This document shows positions 10,611-20,377 of a stretch of 64,000 nt of DNA, in pieces (the stretch's first letter is position 1; each line of letters opens with the position of its first letter). Under the pieces are notes generated by a model. The model ran no database searches, was not told the origin of the DNA, and saw only the letters and a program-made list of their open reading frames with translations. The translations under genes and the position numbers were made by a program. The stretch lies in the sequence record NC_007623.1. The stretch is one strand, 5' to 3'.

Positions 10611-11624
10611 ATGAGCGCGGGTTATAAAAGCCAATACGTTGATGCCCTCGAACAACACCAGGACCTGATGCAGGCTCACTCAGAACTCCTTGAGTTGGGC
10701 AGTATCATGGGAATGGATGATGTCGAGGGCAGTGAGGCGTTGAAAGAAGCCGCCATGGACAGTTTGTCTTCGGTAGGTCGGGGTTTGTTCAGTGTGAGTA
10801 AATGGGTCGGGGGTAAAGCGATTGATGGCTTTATTCGTGGTATGACGACCGCAGGTAATCAACTGAACAAGAGTTTCAATGACAACCAAGGACTTATTAA
10901 AAATGTCCTTAAAGACGCTGGTAAGGTGGCTGACAAAGATATTCAGGTTACTGGCAAGAAGATTGGACTGATTACCGCGACCGGTAATCCTGACCGTATT
11001 CTCCACGACATGGAACTCCTGGTTAAGGACCTCGAAGTCGTTGAACAGCACGCCAAAGACCTGATGGGGTTCTTGGACCGTGAATTGGTGACCTTGAGGC
11101 AGTTGAAATCGGCTAAGAAGTCCGAAGACATTCACAAGGTCATTGACGCGTTCAACGGGTTGGAATACCCGGTTATGAAGTTCGCTGACCGGTTGGATAA
11201 GGCGTATAAGTCTGAGGTGCTACCGGGTGGTCGTTTCTTCCTCTTCAAACAGGAAGAAGACGATAAACCTGCGGTGTATTCCATTGGGGGTGAACCGCAT
11301 GAAGGGGAAGGGGTGACCCTGAACCTGTCTAAAACCGAGGTCACTGACATTCTGAATAAACTCGGGAAGGTCAATGCGTTGCACTTGCGGGTTAAGGCAT
11401 CGTATGAGAGTTATCTCGGATTCATCAAATCTTGGGCAGAAATGGTCAAAGGTGTTGATGGTAACTTGAGTCAATTGGATCAAGTGAGTAAGACGGTAAT
11501 AGGCGAAGCTGAGAAGCTAATGGCCGGGAACATGGGGGCTCTCGCATTTTATAGCGGATTCACTCCTCGTGTGGTCGGTTATACCGATAAGTACATTCAT
11601 GGTGTACTTGGGGTATTCGCTTGA
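10611..11624 (+). CDS. Internal head protein paralog
   Basis: SD GAGGG; N-terminal 'EGSEALKEAAMDSL' motif. Confidence 0.6.
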   Translation: MSAGYKSQYVDALEQHQDLMQAHSELLELGSIMGMDDVEGSEALKEAAMDSLSSVGRGLFSVSKWVGGKAIDGFIRGMTTAGNQLNKSFNDNQGLIKNVLKDAGKVADKDIQVTGKKIGLITATGNPDRILHDMELLVKDLEVVEQHAKDLMGFLDRELVTLRQLKSAKKSEDIHKVIDAFNGLEYPVMKFADRLDKAYKSEVLPGGRFFLFKQEEDDKPAVYSIGGEPHEGEGVTLNLSKTEVTDILNKLGKVNALHLRVKASYESYLGFIKSWAEMVKGVDGNLSQLDQVSKTVIGEAEKLMAGNMGALAFYSGFTPRVVGYTDKYIHGVLGVFA

Positions 11625-11676
11625 TTTGTTTATAAACAATCATTCCATTTCGTTAACGAAACAAAGGAAACAACTC

Positions 11677-12933
11677 ATGAGTATTCTCGATCGCTACACT
11701 GGCATGGAAGAGCTTCTGGAGAACGGCGCGGACAACCTCGAAGATGGTGTGACCGAAGCCGCTGTCGAAGAAGTTCGTGCTGACATCGCCGAGGTTGTGG
11801 CAGAGGTAGAACAGGTCGCGGCTGAAGTCGAAGAACTGCGTGATGACCTGGAAGAGCACGAAGAAGTCGTCGAAGAACTGGCTGAAGAAGTCGAAGGCCT
11901 GGAAAGCATGCTGAGCTCGGGTCAGTTCAGCTCCGTTGGTTTCGCTCACAGCTACAACAAGGCCCTGCGCCTGAACGCCAAGCTGGGCGGCCAATCCTTC
12001 GAACGCCTGGGTGCGGAATCCATCTCCGACGCTGCCACCGCCAAGATCGCTTCGGTGACTGGCGTTGAAGCCTTCATGGACACCGTGAAGAACGCCGGTA
12101 AGAAAGCCGCCGAGTTCATCAAGGCGATCTTCAACACCGTCATCAACTTCTTCGTGGGTCTGTTCAGCACCGCTGCCGGTATCGACCGTCGTCGCGCACA
12201 GCTCGCCGACAAACTCGGTAAAGCCGACAAGCTGAAAGAGAAAATCAAGCTGGGCAAATGGAACATCGGTGTCGACTACGCCAAGAACGGCGCGGACATC
12301 CTGGACAAAGGTCCGTTCACCAAAGTCCTGAGCGATTCCCTGCCGGCCTTCATCGACATCGGCAAGAACCTCGACGGCGTCAACGCCTCCCAGTTCAAGA
12401 CTGCGTACAACAGCCTGGTCGCTGACGTCAAAGCCGTTGTGAAAGAAACCGGCGGAAATGCCACTGAGAAAGGTTCCGGTGACAAGCGTCAAGTCCTGGC
12501 TGCACGTGCCGGCTTCGGCATCTATCTCACCTTCGAAGAGAAGGTCGATACCGATGAAGAAGTCCTGGCTGCCGCGCGTTCCATCAAGCTGTCCTTCGGC
12601 AAGAACAAGGACGCCTCCGAGTTCGCCAAAGGTGAAGCGGCTGTCAAGGCAACCAAAGCACAACTGGAAAGCCTGCTGAAAACTGTGAGCAGTACCGTAT
12701 CCGTTCTGAAAGACAGCAAGATCAGCCAGAAGTTCTCCAAGGCTGAACGTGACCGTGTCGTCGGCACCCTGAACGCCAAAGGTGGTGACAAGGACGCCAA
12801 GGCCGGCACCGACAAGGCGATCAAACTGGTGCGCGCGCTGTACAGCACCGGTGCGAGCCTGACCCAGTCGGTCAACCGTCTGCTGGCTTACCAAGCCAAG
12901 CAATCGCTGGATCTGGTTGCGGCTCACCTGTAA
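11677..12933 (+). CDS. Abundant internal head / ejection protein (phiKZ gp93-family-like)
   Basis: Very acidic coiled-coil propeptide with GLE, GAE and GVE motifs; strong high-expression codon bias (C-ending codons); followed by a terminator. Confidence 0.7.
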   Translation: MSILDRYTGMEELLENGADNLEDGVTEAAVEEVRADIAEVVAEVEQVAAEVEELRDDLEEHEEVVEELAEEVEGLESMLSSGQFSSVGFAHSYNKALRLNAKLGGQSFERLGAESISDAATAKIASVTGVEAFMDTVKNAGKKAAEFIKAIFNTVINFFVGLFSTAAGIDRRRAQLADKLGKADKLKEKIKLGKWNIGVDYAKNGADILDKGPFTKVLSDSLPAFIDIGKNLDGVNASQFKTAYNSLVADVKAVVKETGGNATEKGSGDKRQVLAARAGFGIYLTFEEKVDTDEEVLAAARSIKLSFGKNKDASEFAKGEAAVKATKAQLESLLKTVSSTVSVLKDSKISQKFSKAERDRVVGTLNAKGGDKDAKAGTDKAIKLVRALYSTGASLTQSVNRLLAYQAKQSLDLVAAHL

Positions 12934-12964
12934 GGTCGAGTGTTAGGATCTATTCCTAGAGGTA

Positions 12965-12996
12965 CTACAGGTAGGGGGATCTCCCCCTACCTGTAG
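12965..12996 (+). terminator. Long-stem hairpin terminator
   Basis: CTACAGGTAGGGGGA-TC-TCCCCCTACCTGTAG followed by CCTTTATGTCGC. Confidence 0.75.
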
Positions 12997-13060
12997 CCTT
13001 TATGTCGCAATACTGTAATTTCGATGCTATGTACTCAACTTGACTATTAGGTTGTTAACG

Positions 13061-14107
13061 ATGAATACGCATCCTGTAGCGCCCCTCCGATACGTGAATT
13101 CACCGACGGTGTATGAAGAGTATGAGGAGGATAGGGAGGGTTATAATCTAGTCAACGACGAAACGACTATGGTTGCACTCTCCAGAGAGAACGACAAGAT
13201 CAGTGGATTAGAAAGTGTCTACAACTACGTTCTCCACCGACATCAGAATCGGTTGACTGCTTCGACCGGTACTGAGGGGTTTATTGATTCCGTTAAACAC
13301 GGTATCGGTAAACTCATTCAAGTGGTTAAGGATTTCTTTAAGTGGATTTGGAGTTTCTTTGGGACCAAAGGGAAAGCCCTGAAAGACAAAGGAGATGAAC
13401 TGGAGGTCGCTCTTAAAGCCAATGGTGTACGGGAGGATGACATTCCGTATCCCAAAGCCGCCTTTTATATCTTCCCTAAAACGACCAAGTTACCGTCGAA
13501 TGTGGCGTGGGTGGGTAGCGTCATCGGGGATATTGAGCGTGGGATTAAGACGATTGAACGGTACAGTGCAAGTGTGGGGAACTTCTGTAAGGAATTAGGT
13601 CGTCTGATTGACCATTCGAAATACGCAGAATTCACCACCAAACAGAAGGCCTTCTACCAAGAGGTTAAGGGTCTGTTAGGAGTGAACGCGAACCAGGAAG
13701 CCACCCTGGTGGTTAAAGATGACCTGGTCGTGGGTAAGAACACCGTGGAAGTGACGATTAACCTGACGCGGGGGCTGGGTGTCCTGTCGGCTGATCGAGT
13801 GAAGAACGCGACCTTTAAGACTAATGTTTCGCAGGTGCGCGAACTCCTGGTCAAGCACAATCGTCTAACAGAATCCCTCAAGGACATGAACACTAAAGTC
13901 CATTCGTTGGAGAATGACTTTGTAACGGCGCTAATGGCAAGTTTGGACGTTAAAGAGGCGTCTCCTGAAGCTCAGGCTGCCATTAAGGAGATGAAAGCCG
14001 TGATTCGTAAAGCCATGGCGAGTCTTAAAGTCATGGAGACGGAAGTGTATCGGAGTGCTAACGCTGTTTACGCGGTGTTGGAAGCCGCTGTGAAGAGAAG
14101 GAGCTAA
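13061..14107 (+). CDS. Internal head protein paralog
   Basis: 'SGLESVY' and 'TGTEGFIDSVKHGIGKLIQVVKDFFKWIWSFF' parallel the 459 and 11677 proteins. Confidence 0.65.
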   Translation: MNTHPVAPLRYVNSPTVYEEYEEDREGYNLVNDETTMVALSRENDKISGLESVYNYVLHRHQNRLTASTGTEGFIDSVKHGIGKLIQVVKDFFKWIWSFFGTKGKALKDKGDELEVALKANGVREDDIPYPKAAFYIFPKTTKLPSNVAWVGSVIGDIERGIKTIERYSASVGNFCKELGRLIDHSKYAEFTTKQKAFYQEVKGLLGVNANQEATLVVKDDLVVGKNTVEVTINLTRGLGVLSADRVKNATFKTNVSQVRELLVKHNRLTESLKDMNTKVHSLENDFVTALMASLDVKEASPEAQAAIKEMKAVIRKAMASLKVMETEVYRSANAVYAVLEAAVKRRS

Positions 14108-14112
14108 AGGTC

Positions 14113-14598
14113 ATGCAGCTTAGCTTATTGAATCAATCTGTTGTGGTGAAAGCCGCGCTGGGTGATTACACGGACATTAACCCTCGGTTTGGGATTACCA
14201 CGAGGATTAACGATACTGTGTTCAAATACGCCCCTCATGGAGAACTGCGTCAGAGTGTTCTGATTGAGCGCTTGGATCTTGGAGAATTCCTGAAGGGGAT
14301 TCCCCAGGACATTAGCCAGGTGACGTATAAGGAGACCCCTGAGATCGTTGTGAGTCTTCTCCAGGAAAAGCTGGGGGTGTTCCCAGAGGAACAGGAACCA
14401 ATTGTTCAACCCAGCACCCCCCTCGTCCTCAAGGAGGATGATCCTCATACCACGTACTTTGAACTCTGGCGGAGTTTTGTAGGGTTACCCGGTCTCTACC
14501 GTCACGAAGTCGACTTGGGCCTGGTTAACGACACTCTCATAATTGACGCACGTTACTCGACGATTTACAAGGGTAATGTCACCGTTAAGGTTAAGTAA
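14113..14598 (+). CDS. Small virion structural protein, beta-rich C-terminus
   Basis: 161 aa; C-terminal 'IIDARYSTIYKGNVTVKV' resembles segments of the 16012 and 50944 proteins. Confidence 0.55.
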   Translation: MQLSLLNQSVVVKAALGDYTDINPRFGITTRINDTVFKYAPHGELRQSVLIERLDLGEFLKGIPQDISQVTYKETPEIVVSLLQEKLGVFPEEQEPIVQPSTPLVLKEDDPHTTYFELWRSFVGLPGLYRHEVDLGLVNDTLIIDARYSTIYKGNVTVKVK

Positions 14599-14605
14599 GG
14601 GGACG

Positions 14606-16015
14606 ATGATGAACGCAGCCTATCGTTTAGGTTTGCTGGGGATGATCCTGGGGGAAGTGGGTAAGGACGTTCTCTCCGAGGAGAAGACCCCCGAATTGGT
14701 TAACTACCTGGAAAAACATGGGGTTAGTCAATTAACTGAAGAACACATCATGGGTCAGATTGTCAACACACTGAATATTATCAGTCGTGAGTTTGACTAT
14801 TACGACGCCAGTGAGTTGAAAGTGAATACTGTCCTGGACCGTTACCTGAAGGAAACCCTGAGCAGTATTGAGAATGGAATCTATCAATTCCCTCGGGATA
14901 TTTCCATGCTGATTTGTTCGTTGGGGAATAAGGGTGGGGCGTTTACGGAGACGGAAGGAGTAGGTGAACTGATCAGCACGGGTAAAGGGTTGGTCAATTA
15001 CCTGCTGGAACAGGATGAGGGTAGTTTGAGGAATACCCCAGCTGAGGTGTATTCTGCTACCGCTCGTAAACTGGAATACATTGACAAGATTCTGAGTTTG
15101 GTGGACATCTTTGTAACCTCTCGTCAGGGGCTGTTGGCGGGCTTGGAAGAATATGCGCCGATGGACTACACCTACCTCCATCCGATTGAGGTCAATCATT
15201 GGGGGGTTCCTGGGTTGGAGTGTGCGGGAGGTGATACCTGTGAATGCGGGTGTGTGCTCGACCACCCATTGCATGTTCTCCAGGGCTTGGAAGATTACCT
15301 GGATGGTATTCAAAGCACCGACCGTGATTATTTCCTGACCGTTGCTGAAATGAACGGGGTTAAACTCCGTTCCATTGAAGGGAGTGAGGGTCAAGTTTTC
15401 GACTCCATTAAAGCGGTTGCTCGGAATGCGTACCAAGCGGCTTTGAGTGGGTGGGAACAACTGAAAGCCTGGTACGAGTCGTCTGAGAAAGAGAAAGCTG
15501 ACAACGACGCGGTAGCAAAGACTGGGGAGGACAATAAGAAAGCAGTCCAAACCATGCCCACTAAGAATGTCACTATCAATGACAAGGCGCGTGAGGGGAT
15601 TAAGACCCTGGCGGAGAAGGTGGATGTCTCTGGGGCAATGTCTCAGGTTGTGAATCGGCTTCGGACACCCACGGACGTAGGGGGTGTGATCGATGGATTG
15701 TTGGGTCTTCTTAAGAAAGAAGAAGTCAACGGTGAGAAACTCCGGGCTGATAAGAAAGCGGTTGATACCACCCTGGCTGAATTGAGAAAAGCCTCACAGC
15801 AGACCAGTGGGAATGATGAAGACAAAGAAGCAGTTAGTGCGGCTAAGGCAGCGGTGCAGGAAACGGTTAAAGCTGCTAAAGAAGCCGTCGCGGAGGCCAA
15901 GAAGAAGATTGGTGAACACGATAAGTTGGTTAAAGGTCTTCGTAAAGCCATTAAAGGTATTACACCCCACATCTTTATTAAAGAGGGTGGGAACACTGGG
16001 GGGACGAACACATGA
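14606..16015 (+). CDS. Processed head protein with C-terminal Lys/Ala coiled coil
   Basis: Three GLE motifs plus GSE, a Cys/His cluster and a K/A/E-rich helical C-terminus; SD GGGGA. Confidence 0.6.
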   Translation: MMNAAYRLGLLGMILGEVGKDVLSEEKTPELVNYLEKHGVSQLTEEHIMGQIVNTLNIISREFDYYDASELKVNTVLDRYLKETLSSIENGIYQFPRDISMLICSLGNKGGAFTETEGVGELISTGKGLVNYLLEQDEGSLRNTPAEVYSATARKLEYIDKILSLVDIFVTSRQGLLAGLEEYAPMDYTYLHPIEVNHWGVPGLECAGGDTCECGCVLDHPLHVLQGLEDYLDGIQSTDRDYFLTVAEMNGVKLRSIEGSEGQVFDSIKAVARNAYQAALSGWEQLKAWYESSEKEKADNDAVAKTGEDNKKAVQTMPTKNVTINDKAREGIKTLAEKVDVSGAMSQVVNRLRTPTDVGGVIDGLLGLLKKEEVNGEKLRADKKAVDTTLAELRKASQQTSGNDEDKEAVSAAKAAVQETVKAAKEAVAEAKKKIGEHDKLVKGLRKAIKGITPHIFIKEGGNTGGTNT

Positions 16016-16767
16016 AGACACTTCATCCACGTGTCTTGGAACAGATTCAAGCACAATTGCCCAAAGACAGCGTTATCCTGGGTACTCAGCCTGGTGATGA
16101 AGACGTCGGGTATGTGGTGGTTCAGTTGAATAACGACGAAACCATGCTCCCTATCCCGAAGAAGGATATTGGAGATTACATGGGGGTCAGTATTCCTGAA
16201 CTCCCGGTGGGTGACCAGGAGCCGTTGGCTCAGGTGTTTAAACGGCTCAGTAATGCGTTTAAACTCTTCCTCGTGGAAGGGGTGGACTATACGGTTCCAG
16301 AAGGGAAGGTAGACCTGCCCAAGAACGCACCCTCTCCTTTCCAGATAGTCACCCTGGAGATCGCTCCGACCAGTATCCTGTGGAAAGGACGCCTGGTCCT
16401 TAAACTGCTCAATAAAGCCCGCTTAGGACCTTCAGGGGTTCTTAAAGCCACCGACTTGGATACCCCTCGTCTCCAGATGGCGTTAAGTTCTAAAATCTTC
16501 CAGGGGAATGGGAACCTCTTTACGGAGAACCGGTCTCGGTTGTCTGACACCTTCTGTCAGCAGGTGGTTGATTACCTGAACATCGTTAAGATCCAGTCGG
16601 TTACGGTGGATCGGCTGAAAGGGGGAGAACTGATCGATAACGTATCGGATTGTTTCTCAGGCTTGGTGATCATTAAGCTTGAGGAGGGTCCTCATCTGTT
16701 TATTCGGTACCGTTCCGAAGGGGAAGAAGATCCTCAACCATCGCCCGGTGACGTAGACCCGGAATAA
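16012..16767 (+). CDS. Virion structural protein
   Basis: 251 aa, ATGA-coupled; contains 'VTLEIAPTSILWKGRLVLKL'. Confidence 0.55.
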   Translation: MKTLHPRVLEQIQAQLPKDSVILGTQPGDEDVGYVVVQLNNDETMLPIPKKDIGDYMGVSIPELPVGDQEPLAQVFKRLSNAFKLFLVEGVDYTVPEGKVDLPKNAPSPFQIVTLEIAPTSILWKGRLVLKLLNKARLGPSGVLKATDLDTPRLQMALSSKIFQGNGNLFTENRSRLSDTFCQQVVDYLNIVKIQSVTVDRLKGGELIDNVSDCFSGLVIIKLEEGPHLFIRYRSEGEEDPQPSPGDVDPE

Positions 16768-16780
16768 CCAACGTCTGGTA

Positions 16781-16818
16781 CTGGGGAGGGAGAAGGGGGG
16801 AACCCCTCTCCCTCCTAG
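16781..16818 (+). terminator. Purine/pyrimidine hairpin
   Basis: GGAGGGAGAAGGGG...CCCCTCTCCCTCC, with no U-tract. Confidence 0.55.
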
Positions 16819-16826
16819 ACCACATC

Positions 16827-18335
16827 GTGCAGGCAGTGAATATGCTTAAAACTTTTGTTGAATGCGAAGAAAACTACGACGCTTATTTGCGTCCTGCGAT
16901 TTATGATTCCATTAAGGCTGTATTGAACTTCTACGGGCTAGACTCCGCCACCGCCATTTACTACAACGGTGAGAATGAGATTGCGAAGACCGTAGGGAGC
17001 AATATGAGTGACGGTCCTCATGCAGATCGGTACACGGATGGAATTTTCAGGAACAAGATCTTTATTGTTCCTGAGGTGAACCGTAGTGAAGCTTGGACGA
17101 ACCGTCGTCAGATGGTGGAGCGTCCCGTACTGTACAACAAGGAACTGGGTATCCTGTTGTGCCCTACGTTTGAGAACAAACGGATTGATGTCAAAGTCGT
17201 CTCGATGTTCAACTCAGAGAACACCGCCCGGCAAATGAAAGACCGTATGAATCGGCTCAAGGAGAACCAAGTCGTTGACTTCACCTTCTCCCCAACGACC
17301 CATATGGTCATTAATCCTCCTATTCTGGAATTCCTAGAGGTGATTTACGACCTCTTGAAGAAGAACAACCCGTCGGTACCCGACCCGTCTGAATGGTTGG
17401 GTAAGATGTGGCAATTTCCGGTGCGTGTGATCAGTAACGTAGCGGGTAACCACAAACGGGTAGTTATCCCGCTTAAACAGAACCGGGTCGGCATTCAGTT
17501 CTCCGAACCCTTTGTAGCGAAGACGAATAAGAGCGCGACTTATGGTCGGTGGGAAGTGGAGTTTACGTACAGCTTCTTCTTCAATGATTTCATTGGGTGG
17601 GAGTTTGAGTATCCCCTGAACATTTATCAGGATGAAATACCCAGTCAGTATATTCCGAGGGTCCAACCTCAACATGAATTACCGGAGTTCATTAAAGCCG
17701 CTCCTGAAGTAGAAGCCGGACGGGAGATTATGTTCCCGGAAGGGTTCAGACACACCCCCTTCTATTTGAAGCTGCCTAAGCATGACCCTTGGGCGTGGCC
17801 TAACTTCGATTGGATGCAACCGGTGATCCAAGCACGACTCAAAGTCGAGGATGAACCCACTCAGGTACTTTGTAACCTATTTGATATTCCTGACTTTGTT
17901 TGGTACGACAATGCTAAGGCGTATTTACTTCGTCGTCATGCGATTGCCTTCCAGCATTTTGAAACCCCTTTTCTGATTCAAGTCTTTGAAAATGACCAGT
18001 TAATTGCCCCTGAACACCTGACCCTGGATGAGAAGGGGTCTATAACGCTTCACAGCAGGCCTGTTTTAAACAAAACATATCGAGTAGTGGTAACCCTCGA
18101 CTATGCGATAAGAGACTATTCTGACGCATTCTGGAGCGATTTAATCGATCATCCTGAAGACTGGGGTATTTTGCCTCAAATCTTTGATTGGTTCGATTTC
18201 AGTGAAGTGCCTGAACCGTGGTACTTACACATCAACTACCTCCGGAAACACATCCATAAGGGATGGGGTCGTTGGACCGAGCGCTTTAACCGATATGAGA
18301 TGGGCTTTGGTTTGTGGGCCTACCGGAACGATTAA
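16827..18335 (+). CDS. Conserved tail/baseplate protein (phiKZ gp98-like)
   Basis: 502 aa, first of the conserved four-gene gp98-101 block (from recall). Confidence 0.55.
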   Translation: MQAVNMLKTFVECEENYDAYLRPAIYDSIKAVLNFYGLDSATAIYYNGENEIAKTVGSNMSDGPHADRYTDGIFRNKIFIVPEVNRSEAWTNRRQMVERPVLYNKELGILLCPTFENKRIDVKVVSMFNSENTARQMKDRMNRLKENQVVDFTFSPTTHMVINPPILEFLEVIYDLLKKNNPSVPDPSEWLGKMWQFPVRVISNVAGNHKRVVIPLKQNRVGIQFSEPFVAKTNKSATYGRWEVEFTYSFFFNDFIGWEFEYPLNIYQDEIPSQYIPRVQPQHELPEFIKAAPEVEAGREIMFPEGFRHTPFYLKLPKHDPWAWPNFDWMQPVIQARLKVEDEPTQVLCNLFDIPDFVWYDNAKAYLLRRHAIAFQHFETPFLIQVFENDQLIAPEHLTLDEKGSITLHSRPVLNKTYRVVVTLDYAIRDYSDAFWSDLIDHPEDWGILPQIFDWFDFSEVPEPWYLHINYLRKHIHKGWGRWTERFNRYEMGFGLWAYRND

Positions 18336-18350
18336 GAAGGAAATGAAACC

Positions 18351-19646
18351 ATGTCTCTGGATATTAACCCTATCGGAAGGGATATTCCGATTGAACCTGA
18401 AACGCCCCGGATCTACAGTGAGACGTATCGACATTCCATTGTGGATTCCGTTTGGCAACCCGAACAGAGCCTGCTCTCTGAAGTTGAAGGTCGTCCTCGT
18501 CTCTGTCAGTACTTCCGTCAATTCCTGAATCCAGGTGAAGAACCTAAACCCTTCTACCCTGGAAACACCGATACGTATCAGAGTTACGTGCGTATTGACC
18601 GGTTACCCCTCAAGATCGATGGGGATGAGACGTTTAACTTTGATCCTCAGACCGGTGAATCCACCAAGATCTTTAACTTCTGGTTTACCACCGATGCCAA
18701 CCCTATTCGTCATGATGTGTTTATTGTGGATATTGGGGATGGTCGAGCAGGGCTCTTTGCGTGTACGGAACAACCGGAAATTCGTAATTTTACCGCAAAT
18801 AAGGTGTACTTCGTTACCGCGGTATTGAGGGGTATCCTCGACCAGGAGACGGATGCCATTCTCCAAGGACGGGTGGTCCAACACCGGGTGTATTCCAAAG
18901 ATTCTGTACTCCATGGAGGGGCTTCCCTGATTACTAAAGGGGAAGAGGAGGTTGGACAGAAACTCTTCCAGTGGAATCAAACCATCGCCAGTCATATCCT
19001 GAAACGGTTCTACTGGAACCCTGAACGCACCATCGTGTTCGATAAGAAGGGGACCAATGAGAAGGATAAGGTGTATGACCCTTATCTGGTGAACTTCCTG
19101 TCTGCGTTCATTACCCCGGACATGCGACAGAACTACCCACCCATTAACCAGTTCTCGGTTCAGTACGGGGGATTGGAGTACAGCCGGTGGGGAACGAACA
19201 ACATTTGGGAAGTGTTATTGAGGGGGGATTTGAATCTCTTGAAGGTGTGCGACAACAAAGCCGCCTTGGTGGAAGTGACCCGGTTAATGAACAGCCGGCT
19301 GTACGGTAACCTGGCGTCGAGTAAGATCCGGTGGTTCGTGACCACCAACCCTAAGGACTTCATTGCGTATCGGGTTCATTTCAATATGGATGGGTATCCC
19401 ATTGTTATTCCCGGGAAACAAGAGGACATTACGTACCTCTTTAGTCAAGGCTTTTACCAAGGGAAACCCGAAGGCGCCTTTGAGAACCTCCTGTACCGAA
19501 CCCTCACCACGAAAATCACGGATCATAAAGAACTCTTAGCCTATTGCGAAGGGTACTTTGATAAGGAACCGGTGGAACAACTGTACGAAGGGGCTATTCT
19601 GCTGATGCTGCTGAAGTACGCGCGTAAATTTGGAGGTCCGCTATGA
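18351..19646 (+). CDS. Conserved virion protein (phiKZ gp99-like)
   Basis: Motifs 'SLLSEVEG...YFRQFL' and 'PIRHDVFIVDIGDGRAGLF'. Confidence 0.6.
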   Translation: MSLDINPIGRDIPIEPETPRIYSETYRHSIVDSVWQPEQSLLSEVEGRPRLCQYFRQFLNPGEEPKPFYPGNTDTYQSYVRIDRLPLKIDGDETFNFDPQTGESTKIFNFWFTTDANPIRHDVFIVDIGDGRAGLFACTEQPEIRNFTANKVYFVTAVLRGILDQETDAILQGRVVQHRVYSKDSVLHGGASLITKGEEEVGQKLFQWNQTIASHILKRFYWNPERTIVFDKKGTNEKDKVYDPYLVNFLSAFITPDMRQNYPPINQFSVQYGGLEYSRWGTNNIWEVLLRGDLNLLKVCDNKAALVEVTRLMNSRLYGNLASSKIRWFVTTNPKDFIAYRVHFNMDGYPIVIPGKQEDITYLFSQGFYQGKPEGAFENLLYRTLTTKITDHKELLAYCEGYFDKEPVEQLYEGAILLMLLKYARKFGGPL

Positions 19647-20377
19647 GCATGCCCTTAAGTCGGTATAACACCATACGCACCCGACTAATCGAACTCTACA
19701 ACATTCTGAATAACCGGTCCTTCGATGTGTGGGTAACGCCCGCAATGCTCATGAGTTTGGAAGAACTCCGGGATCGGGAAGAATACTCCCAGGAGGGGTT
19801 CGTTGGAGATCCGAATTACTACAACGAATACCAAGTTCGACGGATGAGTGTTCCCAGGATCATTGATATCCTACCTAACTTGTCCAGTGAGAAGGATTTG
19901 GGATTCAGGGAACCTCAGATTGTGATTCCGTTGATCTACGAATCCATTCAGGAGTACATTTGCCTCTGGTGTGAACTCTTTAAGAAAGCACCGGAGTTTC
20001 CAACACCCTCCATTGATGAACTCCGTAAGCTGGAACTCCTGGCGTATACCCTCTTTAATTTCTACAAACGGATTAAACCGTACCTGGATAAGAAGAAACT
20101 ACGGGAACTGGGGGGTGATGTTCAAGAGACCGATAAACGGAACCTAATGCAGTTGTCAGCGCTGTTTAGTATCAACGCCATGGGAACCCCCAAAGCTGAG
20201 ATCAGTTTCGTCAGTCATTTGGATGAACTCTTCGGGGACGATACGTTGAACCCGGGTCTCTCACTCAGTGAACAGCCGTATATCACGAACAAAGCTGTAG
20301 CGGATAGTTTAGCCACGCATGATACACCTGAGGATCTCGGTCCTTGGTTGTTCAATAAACCGACAGGATTACTGTGA
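19643..20377 (+). CDS. Conserved hypothetical protein (phiKZ gp100-like)
   Basis: 244 aa, ATGA-coupled, synteny. Confidence 0.5.
   Translation: MSMPLSRYNTIRTRLIELYNILNNRSFDVWVTPAMLMSLEELRDREEYSQEGFVGDPNYYNEYQVRRMSVPRIIDILPNLSSEKDLGFREPQIVIPLIYESIQEYICLWCELFKKAPEFPTPSIDELRKLELLAYTLFNFYKRIKPYLDKKKLRELGGDVQETDKRNLMQLSALFSINAMGTPKAEISFVSHLDELFGDDTLNPGLSLSEQPYITNKAVADSLATHDTPEDLGPWLFNKPTGLL

Noticed and set aside
11653-12927. 424-aa antisense ORF
   Set aside because: Mirror of the strongly codon-biased head gene (few stops on the opposite strand); no SD and an unnatural composition.
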